A DNA stretch of 64,000 bases from an uncultured bacterium. GTDB taxonomy: Bacteria; Krumholzibacteriota; Krumholzibacteriia; Krumholzibacteriales; Krumholzibacteriaceae. How positions within the stretch are numbered: the stretch's first letter is position 1; the number at the start of each line of letters is the position of its first letter. The stretch covers positions 128,001 through 192,000 of the forward strand of contig CAWBAN010000001.1 of the NCBI GenBank assembly GCA_963786935.1, written 5' to 3'. The position numbers and the translations under genes were made by a program. The notes below the pieces were generated by a model. It saw only the letters and a list, made by a program, of their open reading frames with translations. It was not told the DNA's origin and did not search any database. Positions 21,101 to 30,807 of the stretch are shown here, one piece after another.

Positions 21101-24100
21101 CTCGAACGCGCAGTATCTCGAGATCTGGGTGAACGATTTCAACACGAATTTCACGAACGATCCCGCTGACCCGCTGCATCCGCTGCGGGGCGGCGTCGTC
21201 CACATCGATTTCGGGCGCATCGACGAGGATTTCTATCAGCCCGACAAGGACGCGTTCGACAGCGAGGACAAGCCGCCGTACGGCTGGTCGATCGACGAAG
21301 ACACCGGTTTCGACGGGGACAACTGCACCTACCCGACCGATTTTTCGGACGCGAACTGGGTCGCGAACGAGAGCTGCTACAAAGGCATCAACTGCCGGAA
21401 GGGTAACGGGATGCAGGATTCCGAGGATCTGAACGGCAGCGGATACCTCGAACAGCTGAACGCGTACTATACGGTGACCTTCGATCTCGCGCAGGCGGCC
21501 GAGATAGACGTCCAGCGCGATTTCCCCCTCACGGATCCGGCGTACGCGGATTACTGGTCCGATCCCGCCAAGACGCTTAATCCGAGCAAGGGGTGGCGCA
21601 AGTACCGTATCGACCTCGCGAAGGCCGGCGTGGTAAAGGGCGAGCCCCGTCTCGACGCCATCCAGCACATGCGGATATGGATAGAGCGCCCGGATTCTCT
21701 CGTTACGGATACGACCGTCACGTTTTCCGACGCCCGCGTTCTCGAGATCGCCGAGGTGCAGTTCGTCGGGAGCCGCTGGGAGTATAACGGCATCCGGAAT
21801 CTCGAGGACAGCCTCGACGCGAGCGGCGCCGATCCCGGGCAGCGGCTCATCATCGGCACCATCAACAACAAGGACGACGCGAGCCAGTACCACCCGCCGT
21901 ACGTCGTGCAGGAGGAGGAGGGCATCGCGATCAAGGAAGGCTCGCTGCGCCTCAACTTCGAGAACTTCGCGGGGGGAACCTCGTTCCGCACGGTCAAGCG
22001 GTTCTTCGGGCAGGGGCAGAACTACCAGCAGTACCGCGCGATCCAGTTCTTCGTGATTCCCAACTACACGGTCGAGAACGTCGATTTCTACCTGCAGATC
22101 GCGTACGACAGCACGAACTACTACGAGATCGAGATCCCGTTCGACACGCTCGATTCGCGGCAGTGGGCGCTCGTGAACGTGAACCTGAGCGATCTCACGA
22201 ATCTCAAGATCGGCACGACCGCGGATATCGTCAGCCAGACGATCGCCGACGCCCTCGATCCGTCGCGCGTGTACACGGCCACGCTGCGGGGCAATCCGAC
22301 GCTCTTCAACGTCCGCTTCCTCTACGCGGGCGTCCGGAACCGGACCGACCGGACGATCCCCGCGGGGGAGATCTGGCTCGACGACCTCCGGCTCACGGAG
22401 GTGCGCCGGGACGTCGATCACGCCGAGAGCGTGCGGCTCGCGGCGGATTTCGCGGGGATCCTCCAGCTGAACACGAGCTACACGAGAACGGGGGCCGAGT
22501 TCCGGTCGCTCCGGCAGACCAAGGGGAGCGGCTCGACGAGCAGCAGCCTGAACATCAACGGGAAGACGGAGATCAACCACCTCGTCCCGACCGCCCGCTT
22601 CAACCTGCCGCTCAGCTTCCAGTACAACACGACCGACCAGCTCCCGAAGTACATGCTCAACAGCGACGTCGAGATCGCCGATCCGGCCGTGCAGGACAGC
22701 CTGAAGACCGTTTCGGCGAACTACGGCTTCAACGTGTCGCTGAGCAGGCGCGGATCGACCAACTCGCTCATGCGGATCCTGTTCGACAACCTCCGCGCCG
22801 GATACAGCTATTCGAAACGCTACAACTACTCGCCCATGACGCGCGACACGACCTGGACGATGAACGGGAATCTCAGCTATCAGATCCAGTTCCGGGACAA
22901 GCGGGAGCTCACGCTCTTCAAGGGCATCAAGTGGCGGTACTGGCTCGCGCAGCTGTCGTACGAAACGAGCGCGAGCCGCCAGACGAGGCAGCAGTACACG
23001 CGGAGCGGCACGAGCGATTTCGTGCAGCGGCCGTATTTCTACGACGCGCGATGGAACAACGCGTTCAACACGCTCTACGAGCCCTTCGACGCGGTCAAGA
23101 TCACGTTCAACCTGAGCGAACAGCGCGATCTGGCGGTCGACCATTACCTCGGCAATCTGCCCATCGGCACGGAAACGAGCTTCGGGCACCAATTGAGCCT
23201 CAATTATCAGCCGAGCCCCACGACGCCGATCCTGTCCGAGTTCAATCCGCGGTTCGACTACCAGAGCAAGTACGGCGAGGATCTGTCCCCCGGCAAACGG
23301 CAGGAGGGGGATCCCTTCGGAACGCGGTACATCAACAATCAGCGCGACATCACGTTCGCCTTCATGGTGGACGCGGGGCGGTACATCACGTTCCTCGGCG
23401 AGAAGACGCACCTCCTCAAGGAGGGGGAGTCGTCGGGGCGGGGGGAGCGAGCGCCGGCGCGTCCCGTGCGGCTCCGATGTCGGCCGATCAGCGGGCGGCG
23501 ATGCTGAAGCGGCAGCGCGAGGAGGAGGCGGCCCGGCGCCGGGAGGATGCCGGCAAGATCTCCGCGCTCGATGAGGAGGGCACGCCCGCCGCTCAGACGC
23601 CGACGCCGGGCCAGCCCCCGTCCGGCCAGCCCCCGTCCGCCCCCCCGGCGGGAGGGCTCGCGGACCTCGGGATGCGGCGCGTCCAGGGGGACACGTCGGC
23701 CGCCGCGGCCGACACGACGGGCCTCGCGAGGGCGGACACGTCCGCGGCGCCCGATACGGCGGCGGCGAAGCGGCGCGACGCGCTCAAACCGGTGCGATGG
23801 CTCGTGCGGCTCCTCGGATCGATCGAGCCGATCAACGCGAACGTCAATCTGGATCACCGCAGCTCGTACGAGCGGATCTACGAGCGGGCGGATCTCTCCT
23901 ATCAGCTCGGATTCACCGACGAGGCGGGCGTTCCGAGCTCGACGAATCCGGTCGCCGACGACGCCCCGCTCCGGTCGACGGACAACATGAACTTCGACCT
24001 GCGCTCGTCGATCGGGATCACGAGGGACATCGGGCTCGATGCGAAGGCGAGCTTCGTTATCGGGCAGGACGAGTCGAACGGCAGGAAGAGCGAGAGCACG

Positions 24101-24673
24101 CGCTCGACGTGGCCGGCGCTGTCACTCAGCTGGAAGGGCATGGAGAAGTACCGCTACCTGAACCGGTATTTCAACCAGAGCAATCTCGTGATTGTGTTCG
24201 AGCGGCGGACGAGCGAGAATCAGAGCGGGCTGGAGGACGCCTATTCGCTGACGCCGAACTGGACCCTCGAATGGAAGAACAAGCTGTCGAGCAACCTGAG
24301 CCTCACCTACAACAAGAAGACGAGGGTGAAGAACGAGCAGGAGCTCTGGGACCGGAGCTATTCGGGGCTCGTCGCCCTCAAGTACAACATCGAGGGAAGC
24401 CGGGGATTCGGCATTCCGCTCCCGTTCCTGAACAAGAAGAAAATCAGCTTCAAGAGCCTGCTCACCACGGGGCTCAACGTCCAGTACAGCAGGGCGTCGA
24501 CGCAGCTCGAGCCCGCGTCGTCGGCGCTCTCGATCCAGCCGAACGTTTCCTACCGGTTCAGCAACAACGTGATGGGGGGAATGGACCTCGCCTACCGGCG
24601 GGCGTGGGGCGGGCGGCTCGGGCAGGTGCGCCAGACGATCGACGTTCGCGTGAGTGCGGAATTCAAGTTCTAG
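18171..24673 (+). CDS. sprA: SprA-like type IX secretion outer-membrane translocon (~2160 aa); apparent frameshift in the G6 run 23440-23445
   Basis: EQELNVNLRGTIGEKINV, YRGFEDDVVQLIEMG, GLFGVK, WNLMMRNVYS, YLRIFGLD, IIEGSETVTVDG..LARDVDYTIDY, DDMEG and SEDLNG motifs. Beta-strand C-terminus ending AEFKF is in the shifted frame (ORF 22163-24673). Confidence 0.85.
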
Positions 24674-24683
24674 AGGAGATGCC

Positions 24684-25586
24684 ATGAACGCATTGATGAT
24701 GATGGTCGCCGTTTCGATCGCCGCGCTCCAGTGCGCCGGCTGCGCGCGGAGCGAGCCGCCGGCGTTCGACGGCGCGTCGGCGTTCGCGTTTCTGGAGCAG
24801 CAGTGCGCCCTCGGTCCGCGCTATCCCGGCTCCCCGGGACACGCCGCGATCCGGCGGTACATCGCGGGGAAGCTCGAGGAGTTCGGCGCGGGCGTGACGC
24901 GGCAGCCCTTCGAGGCGGTGCTCTCGACGGGGGACACGCTCCGTCTCGAGAACATCACGGGTTCGTACCGGCCCGAGGCGCGCGCACGGATTCTCCTCTG
25001 CGCCCATTACGACACGAGGCCGCGCGCCGACCGGGAGAGCGATCCGGCGAACCGCGCGAAGCCGATCCTCGGCGCGAACGACGGCGCGAGCGGCGTCGCC
25101 GTGCTCCTCGAGATCGCGCGCCTGTGCGCGGTCTCCGAGCCGTCCGTCGGCGTCGATCTCGTCTTCTTCGACGGCGAGGATTACGGCGAGGAGGGGCGCA
25201 CGGACGACTACCTCCTCGGCTCGCGCCGCCACGCGAAGAGCCTCGGCGCCCGGCGCCCGAACGCCGTCATCCTGCTCGACATGGTCGGGGAGCGCGATTC
25301 GCGCATCCCCATCGAGGGCTTTTCCGCGGCCGCGTCCCCGGCCCTCTGCGCGCGCATCTTCGGGATCGCGCGCTCGCTCCGGATTCCGAACTTCGTGCAG
25401 GCGAAGGGTCCGTCGATCATCGACGACCATCTGCCCTACATCCAGGCCGGCGTCCCCGCGATCGATCTCATCGACTTCGATTACCGGTACTGGCACACGC
25501 TCGCCGACACCCCCGACAAATGCTCGGGCGAGAGCCTCGCGGCGGTCGGGGCGGTGCTCGTCCGCTACGTCTGGGAAGAGCGGTAG
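24684..25586 (+). CDS. M28-family zinc lipoprotein, Bacteroidota-type glutaminyl cyclase-like
   Basis: GGAG then ATG 24684; lipobox-like AGC; AHYDTRP.AD, GANDGASGVAVLLEIAR, FFDGEDYG, LLDMVG, DDHLP, WHT motifs. Confidence 0.8.
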   Translation: MNALMMMVAVSIAALQCAGCARSEPPAFDGASAFAFLEQQCALGPRYPGSPGHAAIRRYIAGKLEEFGAGVTRQPFEAVLSTGDTLRLENITGSYRPEARARILLCAHYDTRPRADRESDPANRAKPILGANDGASGVAVLLEIARLCAVSEPSVGVDLVFFDGEDYGEEGRTDDYLLGSRRHAKSLGARRPNAVILLDMVGERDSRIPIEGFSAAASPALCARIFGIARSLRIPNFVQAKGPSIIDDHLPYIQAGVPAIDLIDFDYRYWHTLADTPDKCSGESLAAVGAVLVRYVWEER

Positions 25587-25641
25587 GCCGATATTTTCTC
25601 TTGCTTTTTCCCCCTGTTTCAGCTACCTATTGGGCAGTGTG

Positions 25642-25671
25642 TGGGGCTCGGGACGCCCCATTTTTGTTTTT
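25642..25671 (+). promoter_or_regulatory. rimP-leader-like terminator/attenuator hairpin
   Basis: TGGGGC-tcgggac-GCCCCA followed by TTTTTGTTTTT, just upstream of rimP. Confidence 0.6.
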
Positions 25672-25687
25672 ACGCGGGGACGGATCG

Positions 25688-26209
25688 ATGGAGCCCGAAA
25701 AGGATCTCATGGCGCTCGTCGAAGGGGAGCTCGGTCTCCTCGGCTACGAGCTCGTCAAGATGGAGGCCTTCTTTTCCGGAAGGCGCAAGGCGCTCCGGAT
25801 ATTCATCGACCGTCCGGAGTCGACCGTGACCATCGCCGACTGCGTCCGCGTCACGAAGGCCCTCGGGCTCGTGCTGGACGCGACGGAGACGGTTCCCGGC
25901 CCGTTCAACCTCGAGATCTCCTCGCCGGGATTCGCGAGGCCGCTCACGAAGCCGGCGCATTTCGCGCGGTTCCGCGGGGAGCGCTCGCGCGTGGAGTATA
26001 TCGACGACGCGGGGATGAAGACGACGGCGGTCGGGACGATCGAGGATTCGAGCGAGACCGTCGTCACCCTCAGGGTGGACGGCGCGGTTCGCGTCGTTCC
26101 GCACGAGCGGATCGTGCGGGCGAATCTCGATCCCGTGGGCGCGGGACGTGAAGAGGAGCGGGTTTCGCAGCGGCCGCGGCGCGGGAGGCGCGCCGGCAAA
26201 AGGTTTTGA
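25688..26209 (+). CDS. rimP: Ribosome maturation factor RimP
   Basis: GYELV, LRIFID, TIADCVRV, LEISSPG..RPL motifs; first gene of the nusA-infB operon. Confidence 0.93.
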   Translation: MEPEKDLMALVEGELGLLGYELVKMEAFFSGRRKALRIFIDRPESTVTIADCVRVTKALGLVLDATETVPGPFNLEISSPGFARPLTKPAHFARFRGERSRVEYIDDAGMKTTAVGTIEDSSETVVTLRVDGAVRVVPHERIVRANLDPVGAGREEERVSQRPRRGRRAGKRF

Positions 26210-26234
26210 CTTTGGCCGCGAACTGAAATAGACT
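26206..26234 (+). promoter_or_regulatory. Putative sigma70 promoter for nusA
   Basis: TTGACT-17 bp-TAGACT. Confidence 0.55.
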
Positions 26235-26266
26235 GAATCGATTATCCGAAAAGGGAGCATGGAACG

Positions 26267-27919
26267 ATGAATGGTGGTTTCGTCGAGGCCTTCGGGCAGA
26301 TCATCCGCGAGAAGAAGGTCGACAAAAACACGCTCGTCGAGATGGTGAAGCAGAGCCTCATCTCGGCGGGAAAGCGCAAGTACGGGCAAGAAGCCGAATT
26401 CAAGGTCCACCTCGACGAGGTCAAGGGCCTGCTCGAGATTTACCGGGTCTACCGGGTCGTCGAGGAAGTGGCGGAGCCGCTCGCGGAGCTGCTTCTGCTT
26501 GACGCGAAGAAAATGGACAACGCCGCGAAGGTCGGCGGCGAGGTCGAGGTCTATATATCGCTCGACGAGTTCGGCCGCAACGCCGTCCAGACGGCGAAGC
26601 AGGTGCTCATGCAGAAGGTGCGCGAGGCGGAACGCGACCGCATCCACGACGAGTACAAGGACAAGGTCGGCGCGATCGTATCCGGCACCGTGCGCCAGGT
26701 CGACCGCGGCAACATCCTCGTGAACCTCGGCCGGGCCGAGGCCTATCTCCCGATCCGCGAGCAGATCAAGAAAGAGCGGTACAACCAGGGGGACACGATC
26801 CGCGCGATCATCCTCGAGGTGGACAAGAACGCGAAGGGGCCCCAGATCACGCTCTCCCGCACGAGCGAGCTCTTCCTCCGCAAGCTGTTCGAGCAGGAGG
26901 TTCCCGAGATATTCGACGGCGACGTCGAGATCAAGGCGATCGCACGCGAGCCGGGCGGCCGGTCGAAGATCGGCGTCCATTCGCGCAACGACAAGGTCGA
27001 CGCGGTCGGCTCGTGCGTCGGCATGAAGGGCTCGCGCGTGCAGGCGGTCGTGAACGAGCTCCACGGCGAAAAGATCGACATCGTGAGCTGGAACGAGAAC
27101 CAGAACGAATTCCTCACGAAGGCGCTCGCGCCGGCGAGGGTCTCCTCGCTGCGCTTCAACGAGGCCGATCACCGGGTGCTCGCGATCGTCGAGGACGACC
27201 AGCTCTCGCTCGCGATCGGCAAGGAAGGGCAGAACGTGCGCCTCGCCTCCAAGCTCACCACCTGGAAGATCGATCTCACGACGATCAAGGAGATCGAGAA
27301 GCGCGACAAGCTCGACCAGAAGCTTCAGATGGACATCTCCGAGATGTACGGCGTGACGCAGCGGCTCGCGCAGAAGCTCAAGGGGGCCGGCATCCTCACC
27401 GTGCAGAAGCTGCACCGCACGCCGATCGACCAGCTCGTGGAGATCGAGGGCATCGGCGAGAAGACCGCCGAGAAGCTCAAGAACACCGCGGCCGAAACGA
27501 TGGTGGAGCTCAACAAGGCGCTCGAGGATCTGCTCAAGAAGGAATCGCAGGAGGTCGAGGAGCAGAAGCCGCTGTTCGACGAGTCGATCTTCGGTCCCGA
27601 CACGGTGAAGGAGAAGAAGGTCGAACCGGTGATCACCGAGGCCGAGCTCTTCAAGAACCTCGACGACAAGGAATCGAAACCGTCGAAGGAGGAGGACGCC
27701 GCCGGGCCGGACGAGACCGCGGAAGCGGACGAGACCGCGGAGGCGGACGAGCCCGAGGAGGAGCCGGAACCCGAGGAATCCGCCGCGGAGACCGCCGAGG
27801 AGCTCGGCGACGAGAGCGGCGAAGAAGATAATATCGAAGAGGCGGACGAGGACGAAGAGGACGAGGAGCCCGAAGCGGGAGATTCTCCGGAAAAGTCCGA
27901 TGACGCGTCCGACGTCTAG
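26267..27919 (+). CDS. nusA: Transcription factor NusA with long acidic C-terminal tail
   Basis: FGRNAVQTAKQV, EVPEI, AREPGGRSKI, GSCVGMKGSRV, LAIGKEGQNVRLA motifs. Confidence 0.97.
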   Translation: MNGGFVEAFGQIIREKKVDKNTLVEMVKQSLISAGKRKYGQEAEFKVHLDEVKGLLEIYRVYRVVEEVAEPLAELLLLDAKKMDNAAKVGGEVEVYISLDEFGRNAVQTAKQVLMQKVREAERDRIHDEYKDKVGAIVSGTVRQVDRGNILVNLGRAEAYLPIREQIKKERYNQGDTIRAIILEVDKNAKGPQITLSRTSELFLRKLFEQEVPEIFDGDVEIKAIAREPGGRSKIGVHSRNDKVDAVGSCVGMKGSRVQAVVNELHGEKIDIVSWNENQNEFLTKALAPARVSSLRFNEADHRVLAIVEDDQLSLAIGKEGQNVRLASKLTTWKIDLTTIKEIEKRDKLDQKLQMDISEMYGVTQRLAQKLKGAGILTVQKLHRTPIDQLVEIEGIGEKTAEKLKNTAAETMVELNKALEDLLKKESQEVEEQKPLFDESIFGPDTVKEKKVEPVITEAELFKNLDDKESKPSKEEDAAGPDETAEADETAEADEPEEEPEPEESAAETAEELGDESGEEDNIEEADEDEEDEEPEAGDSPEKSDDASDV

Positions 27920-27942
27920 ACGATGAAGGGAGTTGCGATCGC

Positions 27943-30084
27943 GTGGCCAAGATTCGCGTATACGAGCTAGCACGCAAATATACCATCTCGAGCGATGCCT
28001 TGATCAAGATCCTCGTCAAGGAGGGATTCGCGGTCAAGAGCCACATGAGCACGGTCGAGCAGCGCGCCGAGCTCCTCATCGAGCAGCACCTGAGCAGGGT
28101 CAAGGCCGCGACGAAGAAGGAAGTCAAGAAGAAGGAAAAGAAGGAGAAGCCCGCCAAGCCGCAGCGGCCGCCGCGGACCCGCAAGGAAAAGAAGCCCGAA
28201 AAGCGCAAAGAGGCCGATCAGAAGGCCGTCAAGGAGAGCGTGAAGCGCACGCTCGCGAAGCTCGACATCACGCGCAAGACCCGCCGCAGCCGCAAGCATC
28301 GCGAGGAGGAAGCGGTCGTCGTCGAGGAGGAGAACGTCATCCGCCTCCCCGAGTTCTCGACGGTGGCCGAGATCGGCGAGCAGCTCAAGGTCGATCCGAC
28401 GGAGATCATCCAGAAGTGCCTCGGGCTCGGCCTCATGGTGACGATGAACCAGCGGCTCAATCCCGACGTGATCACCATGATCGCGGACGACTACGGCTTC
28501 AAGATCGAGTTCACCGAGAGCTACGGCCATGAGCTGCTCCGCGAGAAGCGCAAGGGCACGCCGGAGCGCCTGCAGGGGCGCGCCCCCGTCGTGACGATCA
28601 TGGGGCACGTCGATCACGGCAAGACGTCGCTCCTCGACGCGATCCGGAAGAGCAATCTCATCGCCGGCGAGAAGGGGGGCATCACCCAGCACATCGCGGC
28701 GTACGAGGTCGAGACGGGGCGCGGGCGGATCACCTTCATCGACACGCCCGGCCACGAGGCCTTCACCGCGATGCGCGCCCGCGGCGCCCAGGTCACCGAT
28801 ATCGTCATCCTCGTCGTCGCGGCCGACGACGGGATCATGCCGCAGACGATCGAGGCGATCAACCACGCCCGCGCGGCGGACGTGCCGATGATCATCGCGA
28901 TCAACAAGGTCGACCTGCCGAACGCGAACGTCGAACGGGTGAAGCGGGAGCTCCTCAAGCAGAACATCGTTCTCGAGGAGTACGGCGGGAACGTCATGGG
29001 AGTCGAGATCGTGGCGAAGACCGGCCTCAAGGTCGACCGCCTCCTCGAGATGATCCTGTTCCAGGCCGAAATGCTCGATCTCAAGGCGGACCCGGACGCG
29101 CCCGTTCGCGGCGTCGTGCTCGAGGCGCGCAAGGAGGAAGGCCGCGGGACCATCTGCACGGTGCTCATCCAGCAGGGAACCCTCAGGGTCGGCGACGTGT
29201 TCATCGCGGGAAACTACTACGGCCACGTGCGTGCCCTTCTCAACGAGCGCGACAAGAAGATCGACGCGGCTCCTCCCTCGACCCCCGTCGTCGTGCTCGG
29301 CGCCACCGGCGTTCCGAACGCCGGCGAAAACTTCGTGCAGGTCGAGGACGACCGGACCGCGCGGGAGATCTCCTTCAAGCGGCAGCAATACCAGCGGGAG
29401 AAGGACCGCCACGTCGTGACGCGCATCACCCTCGACGATCTCTACAAGCAGATCAAGGAAGGGGCGGTCAAGGAGCTCAACCTCGTCATCAAGGCCGATA
29501 TGGACGGCTCCATCGGCGCGCTCATCGACAGCCTCTCGTCCATCGAGAGCGACGAGGTGAAGATCAAGATCATCCACAAGGGCGTCGGCCAGATCAACGA
29601 GAGCGACGTGCTGCTCGCGTCCGCGTCGAACGCGGTGGTGATCGGATTCCACGTGAACGCGAACCCGGAAGCGATACATATCGCGAAGTTCGAAAAGGTC
29701 GACGTCAGGTTCTACGATATCATCTATCAGGCCATCGACGACATCAAGGCCGCGATGTCGGGCCTCCTCGAACCGACCGTCACGGAGCGGGATACGGGGA
29801 AGGCGGAAGTCCGGCAGGTGTTCAAGGTATCGAAGGTCGGCTCCATCGCCGGCTGCCACGTCCTGTCGGGAACCATCGTCCGCAACGGGAAAGTGCGGGT
29901 CAGGCGGGGTCAGGACATTCTCCATATCGGGGCGATCCTTTCCCTGAAACGCTTCAAGGACGACGCCAAGGAAGTGCAGGCGGGGTTCGATTGCGGGATC
30001 GGCGTGACCGGCTTCAACAATTTCGAGGAAGGGGATATACTCGAGGCTTTCGTGGAAGATGTGCAGAGCAAGTCGATCAAGTAG
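27943..30084 (+). CDS. infB: Translation initiation factor IF-2
   Basis: KIRVYELA N-terminus; GHVDHGKT, GGITQH, DTPGHEAF, INKVD motifs. Confidence 0.97.
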   Translation: MAKIRVYELARKYTISSDALIKILVKEGFAVKSHMSTVEQRAELLIEQHLSRVKAATKKEVKKKEKKEKPAKPQRPPRTRKEKKPEKRKEADQKAVKESVKRTLAKLDITRKTRRSRKHREEEAVVVEEENVIRLPEFSTVAEIGEQLKVDPTEIIQKCLGLGLMVTMNQRLNPDVITMIADDYGFKIEFTESYGHELLREKRKGTPERLQGRAPVVTIMGHVDHGKTSLLDAIRKSNLIAGEKGGITQHIAAYEVETGRGRITFIDTPGHEAFTAMRARGAQVTDIVILVVAADDGIMPQTIEAINHARAADVPMIIAINKVDLPNANVERVKRELLKQNIVLEEYGGNVMGVEIVAKTGLKVDRLLEMILFQAEMLDLKADPDAPVRGVVLEARKEEGRGTICTVLIQQGTLRVGDVFIAGNYYGHVRALLNERDKKIDAAPPSTPVVVLGATGVPNAGENFVQVEDDRTAREISFKRQQYQREKDRHVVTRITLDDLYKQIKEGAVKELNLVIKADMDGSIGALIDSLSSIESDEVKIKIIHKGVGQINESDVLLASASNAVVIGFHVNANPEAIHIAKFEKVDVRFYDIIYQAIDDIKAAMSGLLEPTVTERDTGKAEVRQVFKVSKVGSIAGCHVLSGTIVRNGKVRVRRGQDILHIGAILSLKRFKDDAKEVQAGFDCGIGVTGFNNFEEGDILEAFVEDVQSKSIK

Positions 30085-30105
30085 GCATGAGGAGGGCCGC
30101 CTCCC

Positions 30106-30387
30106 GTGATCGTCGCGAGCCTCAGGATACAGTTTCTCCTGCCCGGCTGTGCCTCTCTCAAGCAGAAGCGATTTGTTCTCAACAGCGTCAAGGCGAAGCT
30201 CCGCAACCGGTTCAACGTGAGCGTGTGCGAAAATGACTTTCAGGATAAATGGCAGCGGAGCGAGCTCGCCGTCGCCGCGGTCGCGACGGACCGGCGGGGA
30301 GCGGAGACGATCGCGCGTCAGGTCCTCGATTTTCTCGAGCTCGAGAGCCGGATCGTGCTCTGCGATTGCGAGCGGGAATTCTACTGA
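30106..30387 (+). CDS. DUF503 (YlxP-like) protein
   Basis: SLKQKR..KLRNRFNVSVCE..QDKWQR; canonical position between infB and rbfA. Confidence 0.88.
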   Translation: MIVASLRIQFLLPGCASLKQKRFVLNSVKAKLRNRFNVSVCENDFQDKWQRSELAVAAVATDRRGAETIARQVLDFLELESRIVLCDCEREFY

Positions 30388-30414
30388 GCGCCCGGGGGCG
30401 CGTCCGGAGTCGGC

Positions 30415-30807
30415 ATGAGCGAGAAGCACAAAGCGCGCATCGAGGACGAGATTATGGCGCTCGTCGCCGAGCTGATCCTGCGGCGGGTCAAGGACCCGCG
30501 CGTGGCGAACGTCTCGATCACGCGCGTCGAGGCGGCGAAGGACTATTCGACCGCGAAGATCTTCTACAACGTCATCGGCGGGGCGGGCGACCCCGCGGCC
30601 GTCCAGCAGGGGCTCGTGAGCTGCTCGCGATTTCTTCGCGGGCAGATCGGCAGGCGCCTGCGGCTCCGCGTCGTCCCGGAGCTCATCTTCCGCTACGACG
30701 TCTCGCTCGACCGGGCGATGAAGATCGACGAGCTCATCGAGAAGATCCACCGCGAAAACGATGATCGCGCGAAGGACGGCGGCGAGGAGGAGTCCGGGGA
30801 TGCGTGA
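30415..30807 (+). CDS. rbfA: Ribosome-binding factor A
   Basis: VKDPRV, ITRVE, LRLRVVPELIFRYD motifs. Confidence 0.93.
   Translation: MSEKHKARIEDEIMALVAELILRRVKDPRVANVSITRVEAAKDYSTAKIFYNVIGGAGDPAAVQQGLVSCSRFLRGQIGRRLRLRVVPELIFRYDVSLDRAMKIDELIEKIHRENDDRAKDGGEEESGDA

Noticed and set aside
17826..23411. 1861-aa minus-strand ORF and similar long antisense or alternate-frame ORFs (e.g. 27967-31257, 34527-38096, 51581-54892, 10544-13612)
   Set aside because: Shadows of real genes in high-GC DNA; Arg/Ala/Pro-rich with no recognisable motifs.
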